From positions 20,517-84,516 of the forward strand of contig JBDHLC010000011.1 of the NCBI GenBank assembly GCA_039586075.1: a stretch of DNA of 64,000 bases. Reading direction: 5' to 3'. How positions within the stretch are numbered: position 1 is the stretch's first letter; the number at the start of each line of letters is the position of its first letter. The notes under the pieces were generated by a model. The model saw only the letters and a list, made by a program, of their open reading frames with translations, made no database searches and was not told the origin of the DNA. The DNA is from Gemmatimonadota bacterium (GTDB taxonomy: Bacteria > Gemmatimonadota > Gemmatimonadetes > Longimicrobiales > Gaopeijiaceae). A program made the position numbers and the translations under genes. Of this stretch, positions 36,820-46,058 are shown in pieces.

Positions 36820-39686
36820 CTTCCTCCGCTCCCGATCCGGGCCGCTGGGAGCGGGTCGAAGCCCTGTTCCTGGACGCGGTGGAGCTGGAGGGTACGGCCC
36901 GCCAACAGCTCCTGGAGCGGTCCTGCGGGGACGATCCGTCCATCCTGCTGGAGGTGCAGTCCCTGCTGGAGGCCCATGACGGGGTCGGACCCGTCGGCGA
37001 CCTGTCCGAGGACGAGCGCCTCGGAGGACGCTTCCCGGAGCGGGTGGGCGACTACCGCATCGTCCGGCTTCTGGGCGAGGGAGGCATGGGCGTGGTCCTC
37101 CTGGCCATCCGTGAGGCCGCGGACTTCGAACAGACGGTGGCCCTCAAGATCATCCGCGGGCGCTTCGTGGATCCCCTGCTGGCGCGCCGCTTTCAGGAGG
37201 AGCGCCGGATCCTCGCCGGGCTCGAGCACCCGGGGGTCGCGCGACTCATCGACGGTGGGGTGACCGAGGACGGGCAGCCCTATTACGCCATGGAGTACGT
37301 GGACGGCGAGGACCTGCTGACCTGGTGCAACCGGCGGAGGCTGGGGATCCGAGAGCGGGTCCGCCTCTTCGTCAGCGTGTGCGAGGCGGTACATGCAGCC
37401 CATTACCAGATGGTGGTCCACCGGGACCTGAAGCCATCGAACATCCTCGTCACCGCCGAGGGCCAGCCGAAGCTCCTGGATTTCGGGATCGCGAAGAGCC
37501 TGGAGGCCGATCCGGGAGGGAAGACCGAGCTCTGGGTGACGCCTGCCTACGCCAGCCCGGAGCAGGTCACCGGAGCTCCGGTCACCATCGCCACCGACGT
37601 CTACGCCCTGGGCGTCCTGCTGTGCGAGCTCCTGTCCGGCTTCCGCCCCTATCGCACCACGGACCTGCCCACTCCACTCCTGGGCCGGGTCATCGCCGAG
37701 ACGCCGCCGAGGCGACCGAGTGAGCTGGCGGAGCGAGGCCTCCCGGACGAGGACATGCCTCCGGCCGAGGCGGAGAGCGGACTCACCGAGTCGGCTGCGG
37801 CGCGCGGCCTGGCGCCCCGCCATCTCGCCCGCGCTCTTCGGGGGGACCTGGACGTGATCGTGCTCACGGCGCTGGCCAAGGAGCCGGACCGTCGGTACGG
37901 CTCGGCCCGTCGTCTCGGTGAGGACCTGAACCGCTACCTGGAAGGCCTTCCCATCGAAGCCCGCCCCGCCACGGTCCGGTACCGGCTGGGGAAGTTCCTG
38001 GGCCGACATCGGGCCGCCTCGTTGGGTGCCGGCCTGCTGGTAGTGGCCCTGGGCGCGGGTACGGCGGCGACCGTCTGGCAGGCGCGGGAGGCCGAGCGTG
38101 CTCGGGACGCGGCGGAGGTGGAGGCGGAGCGGGCCCGACAGGTCACGGCCCTCATGACCGACATCTTCCGCCTGGGGGATCCCACCCGGAACGTCGGGGA
38201 CACCATCGGGGTGCGGCAGGTCCTTGCGGAGGGCGCGCGCCGGGTCCAGGAAGGCCTGGACGACGATCCCCCCGTGCAGGCCACTCTCTTCCTGGAGCTG
38301 GCCCGGGTCTACCGAAACCTGGGGATCCTGGACGAGGCGGTGACGCTGGGAGACCGTGCCCTGGAGATCCGGCAGGAGCTGGAGCCGGCGGGATCGGCCC
38401 ATGCCGACGCGTTGGCGTTCCGGGCGCTCCTGGCCCGTGAGGCCGGCGAGCCCGGGGCCCAGGCACTCCTGGAGCGGGCCGTGGCCGTGCGAGGGGAGGC
38501 GGTGACGCCTGCCGACAGCACCACGGCGGACCTCCTGACGGCGCTGGGGTGGGAGGTCCGCTCCCACCAGGAATACGACCGGGCCGCGAGCCTGTTCGAG
38601 GAGGCCATGGCGATCCGGCGCGCCGGGGGTCGGGGCCAGGGTGAGGCCATGGCCAACGCCATGCTCGGCCTGGCCTCCACCTACCACGACCGGGGGAGCT
38701 TCGACCAGGCCGAGGCCCTCTTTCTCGAGGCTCTGGAGCAGGGAGCGGGCGATCGCCCCGACCCCGTGGCCGCGTCCGCCATGGCGAACCTCGGGATGAT
38801 CCGGCGGCTCCGGGAGCAGTACGCAGAGGCGGCGCCCATGGTGAGGGGAGGGCGCGAGATGCGGGCAGCCCTCTACGACGCGGCGCACCCGGATCGGATC
38901 CAGAGCGACGAGGAGTGGGGAGTGACGCTGGTGGCCCTGGGTCGGTATCGCGAGGCGGAGCCGCTCCTGATGGACGCGCTGGACCGGAGCATCCGGGTCC
39001 TGGGCGAGGATCACATCCGCACGCGGAACGTCCGCGGAGCCGTGGCGGGCCTCGACTGGACCATGGGGCGCTATGAGCTGGCACTGGCCCGCACCGACTC
39101 GGTCTTGGCCGCCAAGTGGCGAGCACACGGTGGGGACCACCCCGGAATCGTCCTATCGCTGGTCAATGCCGGGCAGATCCTGCTGGAGGCGGGGCGCCCC
39201 CGGGAGGCCCAGGCACGCCTGGAGGAAGCCATGGCCATGGGGGAGCGCCTGGGCGGGACGGAAGGGGTGTACGGGTCGCTGATCCGGGCGCAGTCGGGAA
39301 TGGTGGCCTTGGACCGCGGCGAGACGGCGGTGGCGGATTCGCTCCTGGAGCTGGCCTTCACCCTGGCTCGGGAGAACCTGCGGGAGGATCACCGGTACGT
39401 CCTGGAGATCCAGCGGATGCGGGCGCAGGTCCGACTGGCTCGGGGCGACGCCCCCGGAGCGCTCGCCCTGCTGGGACCCGTGGCCCTGGCGGAAGCCCGG
39501 GTGCGTCCGGATCCGCACCCGCGGCGCGGTGAGACGGAGCTCCTGCGAGGGACGGCGCTTCTGGAACTGGGAGACGGGGATGGGGCTCGCCGATCCTTCC
39601 GCGAGGCGGACCGGCAGTTCGCCGAGCTCCCGCCCGCGCACCCTTTCCGTGTCAGGGTCCGCGAGGGGCTCGCCGATGCGGGATGA
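36816..39686 (+). CDS. Ser/Thr protein kinase with C-terminal TPR repeat domain
   Basis: The ATG at 36816 overlaps the sigma-factor stop (ATGA). Kinase motifs 'GEGGMGVV', 'VALKII', 'HRDLKPSNIL', 'DFGIAK' and 'SPEQ' are present. A TM segment 'ASLGAGLLVVALGAGTAA' is followed by about 530 aa of TPR-like helices. Confidence 0.9.
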   Translation: MTSSAPDPGRWERVEALFLDAVELEGTARQQLLERSCGDDPSILLEVQSLLEAHDGVGPVGDLSEDERLGGRFPERVGDYRIVRLLGEGGMGVVLLAIREAADFEQTVALKIIRGRFVDPLLARRFQEERRILAGLEHPGVARLIDGGVTEDGQPYYAMEYVDGEDLLTWCNRRRLGIRERVRLFVSVCEAVHAAHYQMVVHRDLKPSNILVTAEGQPKLLDFGIAKSLEADPGGKTELWVTPAYASPEQVTGAPVTIATDVYALGVLLCELLSGFRPYRTTDLPTPLLGRVIAETPPRRPSELAERGLPDEDMPPAEAESGLTESAAARGLAPRHLARALRGDLDVIVLTALAKEPDRRYGSARRLGEDLNRYLEGLPIEARPATVRYRLGKFLGRHRAASLGAGLLVVALGAGTAATVWQAREAERARDAAEVEAERARQVTALMTDIFRLGDPTRNVGDTIGVRQVLAEGARRVQEGLDDDPPVQATLFLELARVYRNLGILDEAVTLGDRALEIRQELEPAGSAHADALAFRALLAREAGEPGAQALLERAVAVRGEAVTPADSTTADLLTALGWEVRSHQEYDRAASLFEEAMAIRRAGGRGQGEAMANAMLGLASTYHDRGSFDQAEALFLEALEQGAGDRPDPVAASAMANLGMIRRLREQYAEAAPMVRGGREMRAALYDAAHPDRIQSDEEWGVTLVALGRYREAEPLLMDALDRSIRVLGEDHIRTRNVRGAVAGLDWTMGRYELALARTDSVLAAKWRAHGGDHPGIVLSLVNAGQILLEAGRPREAQARLEEAMAMGERLGGTEGVYGSLIRAQSGMVALDRGETAVADSLLELAFTLARENLREDHRYVLEIQRMRAQVRLARGDAPGALALLGPVALAEARVRPDPHPRRGETELLRGTALLELGDGDGARRSFREADRQFAELPPAHPFRVRVREGLADAG

Positions 39687-39761
39687 GGGGAACACCGAGG
39701 GGGCGCGAGTGACCCCGGTCCCCGGGGAGGGCCTCGCTCCCCCGGTCCAGAGGGCCCGGGC

Positions 39762-41285
39762 CTAACTCGAGGCCAGCTCGGCGTGGGCCAGCGCCCCCTC
39801 TCGAGACACGATGCCCGGGATGGCGGCCATGTCGTCGTCCCCCGTGCGGAAGTTCACGATGCACCCTCGGAGCAGGTAACGCCCACGCACCACCGCATTG
39901 GAGAGGAAGACCTCGCCGCCCTTCTCCAGGCGGGCCTGCACCGCGCGGTTCAGACGCTCCAGATACGCCTCGGTCTCCGGGTCCCCGACCTTCTCCCGCA
40001 ACTCCGTCGGCACGTACCGGAAGGTGGAGATGCTCAGCCCGAGGGTGTGCGCCTCGAGGTCCGGGTGCGCCTCCACGTGGGCGTGGAGGAGGCGGGCCAT
40101 GGCCACGTCGTCGGCGATCATCTGTCGATACCCGTCCCGGCCGATCTGCTGGATCGCCAACCAGACCTTCAAGGCCCGGAATCCACGCGAGTTCTGCGGG
40201 CCGAGATCGACGTAGTTCGTGGCCTCCTCCCCGAAGTGGTAGTAGGGAGGGTGGTAGGCGAAGGCCTTCCGCAGGGCCTCGCGGTCCCGCACCAGGACGC
40301 ACCCCGCCTCCAGCGGCGCGTAGAGCCACTTGTGGGGATCCACCGCCACGGAATCGGCCAGGGCCAGCTGGTGCAGGGCCTGGGGAACGTCCGGCAGAAT
40401 GGCGGCGGGGGCGCCATACGCGCCGTCCACGTGGAACCACACCTTCCTGGACCGGCAGATCTCCGCCAGAGCCGGAAGGTCGTCCACGGCCCCGGTGCTG
40501 ACGGTTCCCGCGGTCCCCACCACCATCATGGGCCGGATCCCGGCCCGCTGGTCCTCGTCCATGGCCGCCTGGAGCGCCTGGAGATCCAGGCGGAGATCGT
40601 CGGCGGTGGGGATCCAGCGGATGGAGTCGGTGCCGAGGCCCGACAGGTCGGTCGCCTTCTGGATCCAGGTGTGGGTCTCCGCCGAGGCATAGACCGCCAT
40701 GGGCTCTCCGGCCGAGTGACCCTGGGTGCGGATGGCCTCTCCGGCGGCGGCGACCCGTGCGGCCCAGAACGCCACGGTGTTGGCCATGTTCCCCCCGCTC
40801 ACCAGGAGGCCCCCCGACGCCGGATCGCAGCGCAGGAGCTCGGCGATCCAACGCACCGTCTGTGCCTCGATCTCACTGGCCACCGGCGAGAGGGTCCAGG
40901 CCCCGAGGTTGGGGTTCACCGACGCTGCCAGCAGATCCGCCAGCATCCCCATGGGTGCCGCCGAGGAGGTGATGTAGCCCAGGAAGCGGGGGTGTCCGTT
41001 GTGAAGCGACTGGTCGAAGAGAAGCTGGGCCGTGTCCGCCAGGAGCCCGGCGGGATCCCGACCCGTCTCCGGGAGGGACGCCTCCGACCTCAGCAGCTCG
41101 CGGATCTCTCCAGGGGACACCCCACGGGTGACCGGACGCGAGGGCAGGCTCTCCAGGAAGGTCGCGATCCGGTCCACCAGGTCGTGCCCCAGCTCACGAA
41201 AGGTGTCGGCGTCCAGGTCCAGGGGGCGTCGGGCCGTAAGGGACGGCGGCGGAGTGTCGGGGGCGTGCGGCGGGGTCGTGTCCAT
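39762..41285 (-). CDS. group II PLP-dependent decarboxylase (aromatic-amino-acid/DABA decarboxylase-like)
   Basis: 507 aa with 'HPRFLGYITSS', 'VSGGNMANT', 'FHVDGAYGAPA' and the PLP-lysine motif 'DSVAVDPHKWLYAPLEAG'. Confidence 0.85.
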   Translation of the reverse strand: MDTTPPHAPDTPPPSLTARRPLDLDADTFRELGHDLVDRIATFLESLPSRPVTRGVSPGEIRELLRSEASLPETGRDPAGLLADTAQLLFDQSLHNGHPRFLGYITSSAAPMGMLADLLAASVNPNLGAWTLSPVASEIEAQTVRWIAELLRCDPASGGLLVSGGNMANTVAFWAARVAAAGEAIRTQGHSAGEPMAVYASAETHTWIQKATDLSGLGTDSIRWIPTADDLRLDLQALQAAMDEDQRAGIRPMMVVGTAGTVSTGAVDDLPALAEICRSRKVWFHVDGAYGAPAAILPDVPQALHQLALADSVAVDPHKWLYAPLEAGCVLVRDREALRKAFAYHPPYYHFGEEATNYVDLGPQNSRGFRALKVWLAIQQIGRDGYRQMIADDVAMARLLHAHVEAHPDLEAHTLGLSISTFRYVPTELREKVGDPETEAYLERLNRAVQARLEKGGEVFLSNAVVRGRYLLRGCIVNFRTGDDDMAAIPGIVSREGALAHAELASS

Positions 41286-41557
41286 GAGCGGCAGGTGTCG
41301 GCGGTGTGCGTGAGCGATTCCTTCATCCCAGGAGGCGTGCTTCCGGCGCTCGGGCGCTCACGGTGGGGAGGGGGCCGGACCGGGGGAAGCCAGGGCCCAA
41401 GGATTCATGTCCCGCCGGGAAATGGCCAGGGGGCTCCGTTGGAGTCGCACCAGGACCCCGGGAGGGTCCGTGCCGGGCGCGAGTTGTGAGCCAGGACCCG
41501 GCCGGCCTATCTTCCCGCGCCCAAACTCTCGAACGCGTCAGACGGAGTCGCCGCCAC

Positions 41558-43063
41558 GTGTCCAGCCGATCCCAGGTCTTCACCTCTCGTTGGGGGATGC
41601 TCCTCGCCATGCTCGGAATGGCGGTGGGCACGGGGAACATCTGGCGCTTCCCGCGCATCGCCGCTACGAACGGAGGAGGATCCTTCCTGGTGGCCTGGGT
41701 GGTGTTCCTCCTCATCTGGTCCGTTCCCCTGCTGATCCTGGAGTTCGGAATGGGGAAGGGGACCCGGCGCGGAGCGGTGGGAGCCTTCGTCAAGACGCTG
41801 GGACCGAAGTTCGGGTGGATGGGGGCGTGGGTGGCCTTCTGCGCCACCGCCATCATGTTCTACTACTCCGTGGTGATGGGGTGGACCCTGAGGTTCTTCT
41901 GGGCCACGGTCACGCGGGAGATCCCCACTCCGGAGCCCGGAGCCTTCTGGGATTCCTTCGCGGGCTCTCCCGGCGCCCTGCTCACGCACACCCTCGCCGT
42001 GGGGATGGCGGTCTTCGTGGTCGCCTTCGGGGTGAAGGGGATCGAGACGGCGGCGCGTATCCTCATTCCGAGCCTTCTCATCCTGGTGGTGGTCCTGGCC
42101 GTCAAGGCGTTGACCCTTCCGGGTGCGTCCGATGGGCTGGCCTTCCTGTTCACCCCGAGGCTCTCCGAGCTGGCCAACTACGAGATCTGGATCCAGGCGC
42201 TGACGCAGAACGCCTGGGATACGGGGGCGGGGTGGGGGCTGGTCCTGACCTACGCCATCTACATGCGGGCCAAGGAGGACACGGCGCTGAACGCCTTCGT
42301 CATCGGGTTCGGCAACAACTCCATGTCACTCCTGGCCGGAATCATGGTGCTGTGCACCGTCTTCAGCGTCATGCCGGAGGCGGCCGGTGAGATCGTGGGT
42401 GCCGGCAACGAGGGGCTCACCTTCATCTGGATTCCCCAGCTGTTCGCGCAGATCCCTGGCGGGCAGTTCTTCATGGGGCTTTTCTTCCTGGCCCTGGCCT
42501 TCGCGGCCTGGACGTCCCTGGTGGCCATGGTGGAGCTCGCGGCCCGCCTTCTCATGGACCTGGGAATCGCCCGGGGCCGGGCTATCGCCATCGTGGGGAT
42601 CGCCGGACTGACCTTCGGGACGCCGTCCGCCTTGAACATGGACATCTTCGCTAACCAGGACTGGGTCTGGGGCGTGGGACTCATGTTGTCCGGGTTCTTC
42701 TTCGCATTCGCCGTCCTTCGCTACGGCGTCACCGAGTGGCGGGAGACCTTCATCAACCACGCGCACTCCGATGTCCGCATCGGCGCGTGGTGGGATTGGG
42801 CCATCCGCCTGGTGGTGGTGCAGGCCGTGGTGCTGATGGGTTGGTGGCTCTGGGGCGCCCAGGGCGAAGACTGGCGCGCCACGTGGACCCTGTTCAGCGC
42901 CTACAACGTCGGGTCGGTCCTGATCCAGTTCGGAATCGTGCTCGTCGTTCTCATCGCGCTGAACGGTCGCATGGTGCGGGCGGTGCAGGCCCACGAGGTG
43001 AGCCGCCCCGACGCACGCGCCCGTGACCACGTCGGGCCCGACGAGGACTTCCACGCGCCCTGA
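41558..43063 (+). CDS. sodium-dependent transporter, NSS (SNF) family
   Basis: GTG at 41558 in ORF 41306..43063; the alternative is the ATG at 41597. 'RWGMLLAMLGMAVGTGNIWRFP' matches the NSS N-terminal signature. About 12 TM helices are present. Confidence 0.85.
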   Translation: MSSRSQVFTSRWGMLLAMLGMAVGTGNIWRFPRIAATNGGGSFLVAWVVFLLIWSVPLLILEFGMGKGTRRGAVGAFVKTLGPKFGWMGAWVAFCATAIMFYYSVVMGWTLRFFWATVTREIPTPEPGAFWDSFAGSPGALLTHTLAVGMAVFVVAFGVKGIETAARILIPSLLILVVVLAVKALTLPGASDGLAFLFTPRLSELANYEIWIQALTQNAWDTGAGWGLVLTYAIYMRAKEDTALNAFVIGFGNNSMSLLAGIMVLCTVFSVMPEAAGEIVGAGNEGLTFIWIPQLFAQIPGGQFFMGLFFLALAFAAWTSLVAMVELAARLLMDLGIARGRAIAIVGIAGLTFGTPSALNMDIFANQDWVWGVGLMLSGFFFAFAVLRYGVTEWRETFINHAHSDVRIGAWWDWAIRLVVVQAVVLMGWWLWGAQGEDWRATWTLFSAYNVGSVLIQFGIVLVVLIALNGRMVRAVQAHEVSRPDARARDHVGPDEDFHAP

Positions 43064-43135
43064 CCGGACGGGACCGTCCGGAGGGCCGGGCGGTCGCCGG
43101 GCTGCCGTCGCACGGAAGCCCTCCAGCCCCCGCTC

Positions 43136-43864
43136 ATGAACTACCGGGACTTCAGACAGGTGGCCGAGGCGGCCTTCGAGGAGGTCCCGGCGGAGTACCG
43201 GGAGGGTATCGACGGGTTGGTGGTCGAGCGGAGAGCGGAGCGGCATCCCACCCTGCCGGACATCTACACGCTGGGGAGGTGTGACACCGAGTCCTACCTG
43301 TCGGACTTCGTGAGCGCCGAGACCACCCGCTCCACCATCATCCTCTACTACGGCTCCTTCCGGGCACTGGCTACCCTGGACCCCCAGTTCGACTGGGACG
43401 CCGAGATCCACGAGACGGTCCAGCACGAGATCCGGCACCACCTGGAGGCGCTGGCGGGGGAGGACGCGCTGGAGGACGTGGACTACGCCATGGACGAGAG
43501 CTTCAAGCGCGGACAGGGGCTGGACCACGACCCCTGGTTCTACCAGCGAGGGATGCCCATGGGCCGGGGGGTGTACGTGGTGGAGGACCAGGTTTACCTG
43601 GAGCAGGAGTGGGCGGAGTCGGAGTACCGGGAGGAGGAGTCTCTCACCGTCCGTTGGAGCGGGTCCGACTACTCCCTTCCCCGACCCCCCGAGCTGGGGG
43701 ACCTTCACTTCGTCCTGCTGCAAGGGATCCAGGATCCCCCGCCCTGGTTCGAGCTGGTACTGGTTCGCCGGCGCAGCTGGTGGGAAGATGCCCGGCGGCT
43801 CTTCAGCACCTCCCGGCCTCGTGTGCTGAACTCGGAAGCCACGGTGACCCGTTCCGGATCATGA
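43136..43864 (+). CDS. Zincin_1-like putative metallopeptidase with C-terminal extension
   Basis: 242 aa. 'IILYYGSF...EIHETVQHEIRHHLE' carries the HExxHH motif. The N-terminal 120 aa or so fit the small zincin family, and about 110 extra C-terminal residues follow. Confidence 0.65.
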   Translation: MNYRDFRQVAEAAFEEVPAEYREGIDGLVVERRAERHPTLPDIYTLGRCDTESYLSDFVSAETTRSTIILYYGSFRALATLDPQFDWDAEIHETVQHEIRHHLEALAGEDALEDVDYAMDESFKRGQGLDHDPWFYQRGMPMGRGVYVVEDQVYLEQEWAESEYREEESLTVRWSGSDYSLPRPPELGDLHFVLLQGIQDPPPWFELVLVRRRSWWEDARRLFSTSRPRVLNSEATVTRSGS

Positions 43865-43924
43865 CGGTCCTCGCGAGTGTTGTACGCACCCGAACCGACT
43901 GAGCCCAGCGCACCGGCCTGAGAG

Positions 43925-44719
43925 ATGCCGCTCCACGACGACTACCTCCGCGCGACACCGTACGAACAGACCTTCCCGGACCCCGACACCCGGGATCGAG
44001 TGCTGGACGCCATCCACGACGAGGTCCAGCAGCGTGGCATGGGTGCCGACGATCCCGGTGCGTTCGCGCTGCTCGCCCGGACCAGGGAGGCGTTGGCGCA
44101 GCTGCGCGATCCGGAGGGTGGGGACGACGGAGGGCACACCCACGCCATCCTCTTCTTCCACGTCTTTCACCTGCGCCAGGCGGGAGGGGAGCACCTGCTG
44201 GCCAGCGTTCCGGTCATCCGGTGGGCCATCGAAGCGGCCGACATCCCGGGAGAGCCGGATCCAGGAGGGCTTCCGGACGCCGTCTACGTGCAGCTGCCGC
44301 AGCACCTCTTCTGGGTCCGCGAGGACCCGGACGCGAGGCCCCTGTCGCTGGACGGCTTCTTCTGGACCGTGACCGGCGACACCCTCCACCTCCTGGGCGT
44401 CATGGACCTCCAGTCGGGAGGACGGGGGATCCGGGTCCTCGCGCTACCCGGTGTGCCCTACGCCGAGCGGACCCTTTGGCTCACCGAGTCGATGCGGCCG
44501 GACGGCGCCGACTTCCGCAGCGACATTCCCGGGGCGGAGATCGAGGGGCTGTACGAGGTGCGGACGGCGGGGGAACTGTTGAAGCTTGCGGCACGCCTGG
44601 ATCGGTTCGCTTCGCTCTACCCCGAGAGCCTCCGGGTACCGTCGGCGACACAGCCCGGGACCTCGGACCAGGGCCCTGAGCCGGGAGAACCGCCCTACCG
44701 CCGATTGGAGCTGGACTGA
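43925..44719 (+). CDS. hypothetical protein (264 aa)
   Basis: ATG ORF with balanced acidic composition. It lies between the zincin-like gene and nth on the same strand. No motif was recognised. Confidence 0.55.
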   Translation: MPLHDDYLRATPYEQTFPDPDTRDRVLDAIHDEVQQRGMGADDPGAFALLARTREALAQLRDPEGGDDGGHTHAILFFHVFHLRQAGGEHLLASVPVIRWAIEAADIPGEPDPGGLPDAVYVQLPQHLFWVREDPDARPLSLDGFFWTVTGDTLHLLGVMDLQSGGRGIRVLALPGVPYAERTLWLTESMRPDGADFRSDIPGAEIEGLYEVRTAGELLKLAARLDRFASLYPESLRVPSATQPGTSDQGPEPGEPPYRRLELD

Positions 44720-44728
44720 GGAGCGCCC

Positions 44729-45379
44729 ATGCCGAGAGAATCCAGGAAGGCCAAGAGGGAGCGGGCGGCGGCCATCTACCGCCTGCTGGAGGAGGAGTAT
44801 CCGGAGGCCCACTGCGAGCTGGACCATCGCAGCCCGTTCGAGCTGGCGGTGGCCACCATCCTCTCCGCCCAGACCACCGACGAGCGGGTGAACCAGGTGA
44901 CGCCGGAGCTCTTCCGCCGCTTCCCCGATGCCGATTCGCTGGCCGGGGCGCCACAGGATGAGGTGGAGGAGATCATCCGGTCCACCGGGTTCTTCCGGAA
45001 CAAGGCCCGCAACATCATCGGGTTCGCCGTGTCGCTGCAGGAGGACCACGACGGGGAGATCCCCAGGGACATCCGGACCCTCTCCAGCATGCCCGGCGTG
45101 GGCCGAAAGACCGCCAACGTGATCCTGGGGAACGCCTTCGGCATCAACGAGGGTGTGGTGGTGGATACGCACGTCAAGCGCCTCGCCTTCCTCATGAAGC
45201 TCACCAACCAGAAAACGCCGGAGAAGGTCGAGAAGGACCTCGTGCCGCTCTTCCCGCGGGAGGACTGGACCATGCTGTCCCACCTCCTCATCTGGCACGG
45301 GCGGAGGGTCTGCGATGCCCGCAAGCCCGCGTGCGAGCGGTGCGTGGTGAGCCACCTCTGCCCATCTTCCCGAGTGTGA
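44729..45379 (+). CDS. nth: endonuclease III (DNA-(apurinic/apyrimidinic site) lyase)
   Basis: GAGGAG RBS. 'FELAVATILSAQTTD', the HhH-GPD motif 'LSSMPGVGRKTANVILG', 'VVDTHV', and the [4Fe-4S] loop 'CDARKPACERCVVSHLC' (C-x6-C-x2-C-x5-C) are present. Confidence 0.95.
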   Translation: MPRESRKAKRERAAAIYRLLEEEYPEAHCELDHRSPFELAVATILSAQTTDERVNQVTPELFRRFPDADSLAGAPQDEVEEIIRSTGFFRNKARNIIGFAVSLQEDHDGEIPRDIRTLSSMPGVGRKTANVILGNAFGINEGVVVDTHVKRLAFLMKLTNQKTPEKVEKDLVPLFPREDWTMLSHLLIWHGRRVCDARKPACERCVVSHLCPSSRV

Positions 45380-45411
45380 CCCGCATTCATTCGACTTCTA
45401 CCGACCGAACC

Positions 45412-45984
45412 ATGCCCGACCGGAACGACGCGCTGAAGCTCCTGCACGAGTGGGTGGACAACGAGGGGCTGCGTACCCACATGCGTTGCGTGGAGGCCGC
45501 GGTGCGGCACTATGCGAGGCTCCGCGGTGCCGACGAGGAAATCTGGGGACTGGCGGGGCTCCTCCACGACCTGGACTGGGAGAAGCACCCGGACAACCAC
45601 CCGCTCACCGCCGTGGAGGCGCTTCGGGAGCGGGGGTACCCCGAAGAGGTCCTGCACGCGATCCTGGCGCACCGTCCGGAGTTCACCGGAGTCCAGCCGG
45701 AGACGGAGCTGGATCGGGTGCTGTTCGCCTGCGATGAGCTGTCGGGCCTCATCTTCGCTTGCTGCCTGGTGCGTCCCAACGGCATCGACGACCTGAAGCC
45801 CAAGTCCGTGGTGAAAAAGCTCAAGGACAAGACCTTCGCCGCAGGCGTGGACCGGGAGGGCGTGGCCGAGGGTCTGGACCTCATCGGGTTGGAGCGGAGC
45901 GAGCACATCCAGAACGTCATCGACGGGATGCGCGCCGTGGCGGAGGAGCTGGGAATCCGGGGAGAGGACCTCCGGAAGGGGTAG
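45412..45984 (+). CDS. HD-domain (HDIG-like) phosphohydrolase
   Basis: ATG at 45412 of ORF 45331..45984. The pattern is 'HMRCVEAAVRHYA...AGLLHDLDWE...ILAH'. Confidence 0.8.
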   Translation: MPDRNDALKLLHEWVDNEGLRTHMRCVEAAVRHYARLRGADEEIWGLAGLLHDLDWEKHPDNHPLTAVEALRERGYPEEVLHAILAHRPEFTGVQPETELDRVLFACDELSGLIFACCLVRPNGIDDLKPKSVVKKLKDKTFAAGVDREGVAEGLDLIGLERSEHIQNVIDGMRAVAEELGIRGEDLRKG

Positions 45985-46058
45985 GTCTCGGCGGTTGCGG
46001 GTAGCAGGGGCCGTGGACGCCAGGGGAACGCCCCCTCCCTCCTCCGGTAGCAGCCTTC

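Noticed and set aside
36432-39140. 902-aa ORF antisense to the sigma factor and Ser/Thr kinase genes
   Set aside because: The plus strand carries canonical kinase motifs. The antisense product is Arg/Pro/Gly-rich and lacks motifs.
41286-41557. Possible glycine (or other amino-acid) riboswitch in the 272-bp leader of the NSS transporter
   Set aside because: I could not find the conserved glycine-riboswitch core (GGAGAG...CACCG...CTCAGGCAAAAGGAC-like) or any other riboswitch signature by eye. An Infernal scan would be needed to exclude it formally.
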